DNA of 64,000 nt from Anaeramoeba ignava BMAN (lineage: Eukaryota > Protista > Anaeramoebae): positions 1-64,000 of the forward strand of contig JAPDFW010000135.1 of the NCBI GenBank assembly GCA_028826165.1, read 5' to 3'. This document shows, in pieces, positions 61,872 to 64,000 of this stretch. Both the position numbers and the translations under genes were made by a program. Each line of letters starts with the position of its first letter. Within the stretch, counting starts at the first letter, position 1. Below the pieces are notes generated by a model, which had not been told where the DNA came from, ran no database searches, and saw nothing but the letters and a program-made list of their open reading frames with translations.

Positions 61872-63646
61872 ATGGAAGAAAAAAAATTAAAACAACAAAT
61901 TAAAGTGAAAAAAGTTGTTTTTTCTCAATTAGATGAAAATAATTTAATTTTAAAACATGTTTTTAATTCTTTACAAAATGCAAAAACTTTAAAAGAAGCA
62001 ATTGAATTAACAAAAGAAGCATTTAATGTGAAAAATCAATTTATTAAAAAAAAATCAATTTATTAAAAAAAAATACGTTTTATTTTGTTGTTTTTGGATT
62101 AAAAAAGATTTTGAAGAAATTTTATGTTTTTAGAAATATTAAAATCAATTTTCGATTTTTGGAAAATTCAAAAAGAAAACAAACACAAAATTGTATTGTT
62201 GAAATTACAACTATTCAAAAAAGACCATTTCCACATTTTTCTATGTTTCCTTCATTTAAAGATTCAAATCCATTTTTTGTAATTACTTTTATTAAACAAC
62301 AAAAATTACAAAATCAGAAAGGAAATGTTTTTCTAAATCAAAAAATTTGGATGATTTGATGTTTTTTTCTTTTTTTGATTAGAATTTTCAACTTTCAGTT
62401 ATTAATATTTTAAATGCAGGAATTATATCAGAAAAATTTCGATTTTCAAATAATTATGAAGAACTTCATTTTGGAATTTCACTTCCTTTAATTGAAAAAG
62501 CAAAAAACGGAAAATTTCCACAAATTCATGTTTGGAATTCTTTTGGATCAAACAGAAATTATTTTGAAAATTATCTCAAAGATACATTCACATCGAAATG
62601 GATATATAGTTCTGATATATTGAACCATTTCGACCCAAATTCATTTGGAATTGGAAGGAAAAATGGAGTTTCTTTGTGGTCTTTAATTTTTCAAATGCGA
62701 CAAAATAATTCCTGGGAAAATGATCTTTCAATCCAAAATCTTTTTCGTTCTACATATAAAATATCACTTGAGCATGGATATATTCTTGATAAAAGAAACT
62801 CTCCTCAAATACCGACAAAAGGATGGATGTTTTCAACTTTCAATGTATTTTTTGTGAAGAAAAAAATGAAAAAAAGAGAAATGCGAACTTTTTTCCCTAA
62901 AAAAATTAAATTTTTTTCTTCTTCTTCTTTTTAAGGAAATTGCAGGTTTTTCTAATTTTGGAAAAGCTCACTTTTTCAGAAATGATAGTCGTTTTCAATT
63001 TCATATTCCTTTAGGAAAATATTTTTCTTACAATTTCATGTCAAAATTCAATTTTGTTATTCCAACAAAAAAAAAGAAGGATTTAATAATTGATGATCAA
63101 ATTTTTGTTGAAGATTCTGTTCCTTTTCGGGGATTTAATTACACTACTTTGAGTGAAGATATATTTAGTGAGTCAATTAAATATTATTTTTAATTGATTT
63201 TTAATTAATTTTTAATTTTGGATCATTTAAGGTGATTTTGATTTGAAGAAAAATACATCAGGAAATGTATTTGGTTTAATTACAGGAACCTTGGCAACCA
63301 ATTTTAATTTATTTAGAAGGATTCCACTTTCTTTATTCACTTTTGGATCTGTTGGAAATCTTGGAAAATTTCGAAGAAGTAAATTCATTTTCCAATTTAA
63401 AATTTAATTTAAAAAAAATCAATTTAAAAATTTTTTCAATTAAAATTCAAATAAAAATCAAAAGAGGATTTCACTTTTCCAAATTTATTCTCATTTGCTA
63501 AACGTTCAAGAATGTCTTTTGGTGTTGGAATTGCTACTCGATTTAGAGATTATAGATTAGAAGTTTCTTATTCAATTCCTTTTCGTCTTTCACCTCAAAA
63601 TAAACCTCAAAATTTTAATCCTTTAATCACTTTTGATTTAGCTTAA
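61872..63646 (+). CDS. SAM50: Divergent Sam50/Omp85-family beta-barrel assembly protein (6 exons)
   Basis: POTRA-like N-terminus (NAKTLKEAIELTKEAFN|ILKKFYVFRNIKI), NILNAGIISE, DQIFVEDSVPFRGF (VRGF-like) and SRMSFGVGIATRFRDYRLEVSYSIPF; five phase-consistent GT-AG introns. Confidence 0.72.
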
Positions 63647-63732
63647 AATGAAAATAAAAAAAACCAAAAAGAAATTTTGAAAATTTTTCCATTTTCATTT
63701 TCATTTTTTTCATTTATTTTTCTTTTTGGAAA

Positions 63733-64000
63733 ATGATTTTAAATCAAAAAAAAAATGAACAAGAAAATAAATTTCAAGAGAAAATAAGAACACAAAATTA
63801 TAAAGCAGTTTCAACAATTGGAAATATAATGAAAGGAGTTTTTGGACCGAAAGGACTTGATAAAATGATAATTGATAATTTTGGAGAAATAATTATATCA
63901 AATAATGGGAAAAAAATATTAAAACAACTTAAAGTTCAAAATCCAATTGCAAAAATATTAATTGAATCAGCAAAATTACAAGGAAAAGAAATTGGAGATG
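63733..64000 (+). CDS. Divergent group II chaperonin (CCT-like, alpha-like N-terminus), 3'-truncated by the window
   Basis: IRTQNYKAVSTIGNIMKGVFGPKGLDKMIIDNFGEIIISNNGKKILKQLKVQNPIAKILIESAKLQGKEIGD. Confidence 0.85.
   Translation, partial: MILNQKKNEQENKFQEKIRTQNYKAVSTIGNIMKGVFGPKGLDKMIIDNFGEIIISNNGKKILKQLKVQNPIAKILIESAKLQGKEIGD

Overview
Eukaryotic nuclear DNA from an extremely AT-rich protist, with about 22 tightly packed protein-coding genes, one tRNA-Pro(AGG) and about 40 inferred GT-AG introns. The standard genetic code fits all conserved exons. Recognisable genes are an RNF213/mysterin-like giant AAA+ protein (frameshifted, 5'-truncated), Rac1, Tom40, a CCCH-finger/ZNF451-type PIN protein, a TBC RabGAP, Elongin A, a USP9/24/34-type deubiquitinase, an Sfr1/Mei5-like protein, EIPR1/TSSC1, a VPS9 GEF, patatin, a bacterial-style cadherin/He_PIG surface protein, a GATA factor, a minimal PB1-FW (NBR1-like) protein, CCT5, a bacterial-type split glycine decarboxylase P1 with an N-terminal presequence, a divergent Sam50 and a divergent CCT paralog. 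Split GCS-P, Tom40/Sam50 and a Trichomonas-like TCAYT initiator point to an anaerobic metamonad with a mitochondrion-related organelle, for example Anaeramoeba; this is inference, not proof. The most striking non-coding signals are: tandem TTTCATTTT initiator elements before nearly every ATG; long introns each filled with its own tandem repeat, many ending in poly-A+AG rather than a polypyrimidine tract; a recurrent TTCCACTTT motif; a nucleosome-length (~146 bp) satellite; and GATC clusters upstream of the GATA gene. All family calls come from motif recognition by eye, and exon boundaries were inferred by hand from reading-frame continuity.
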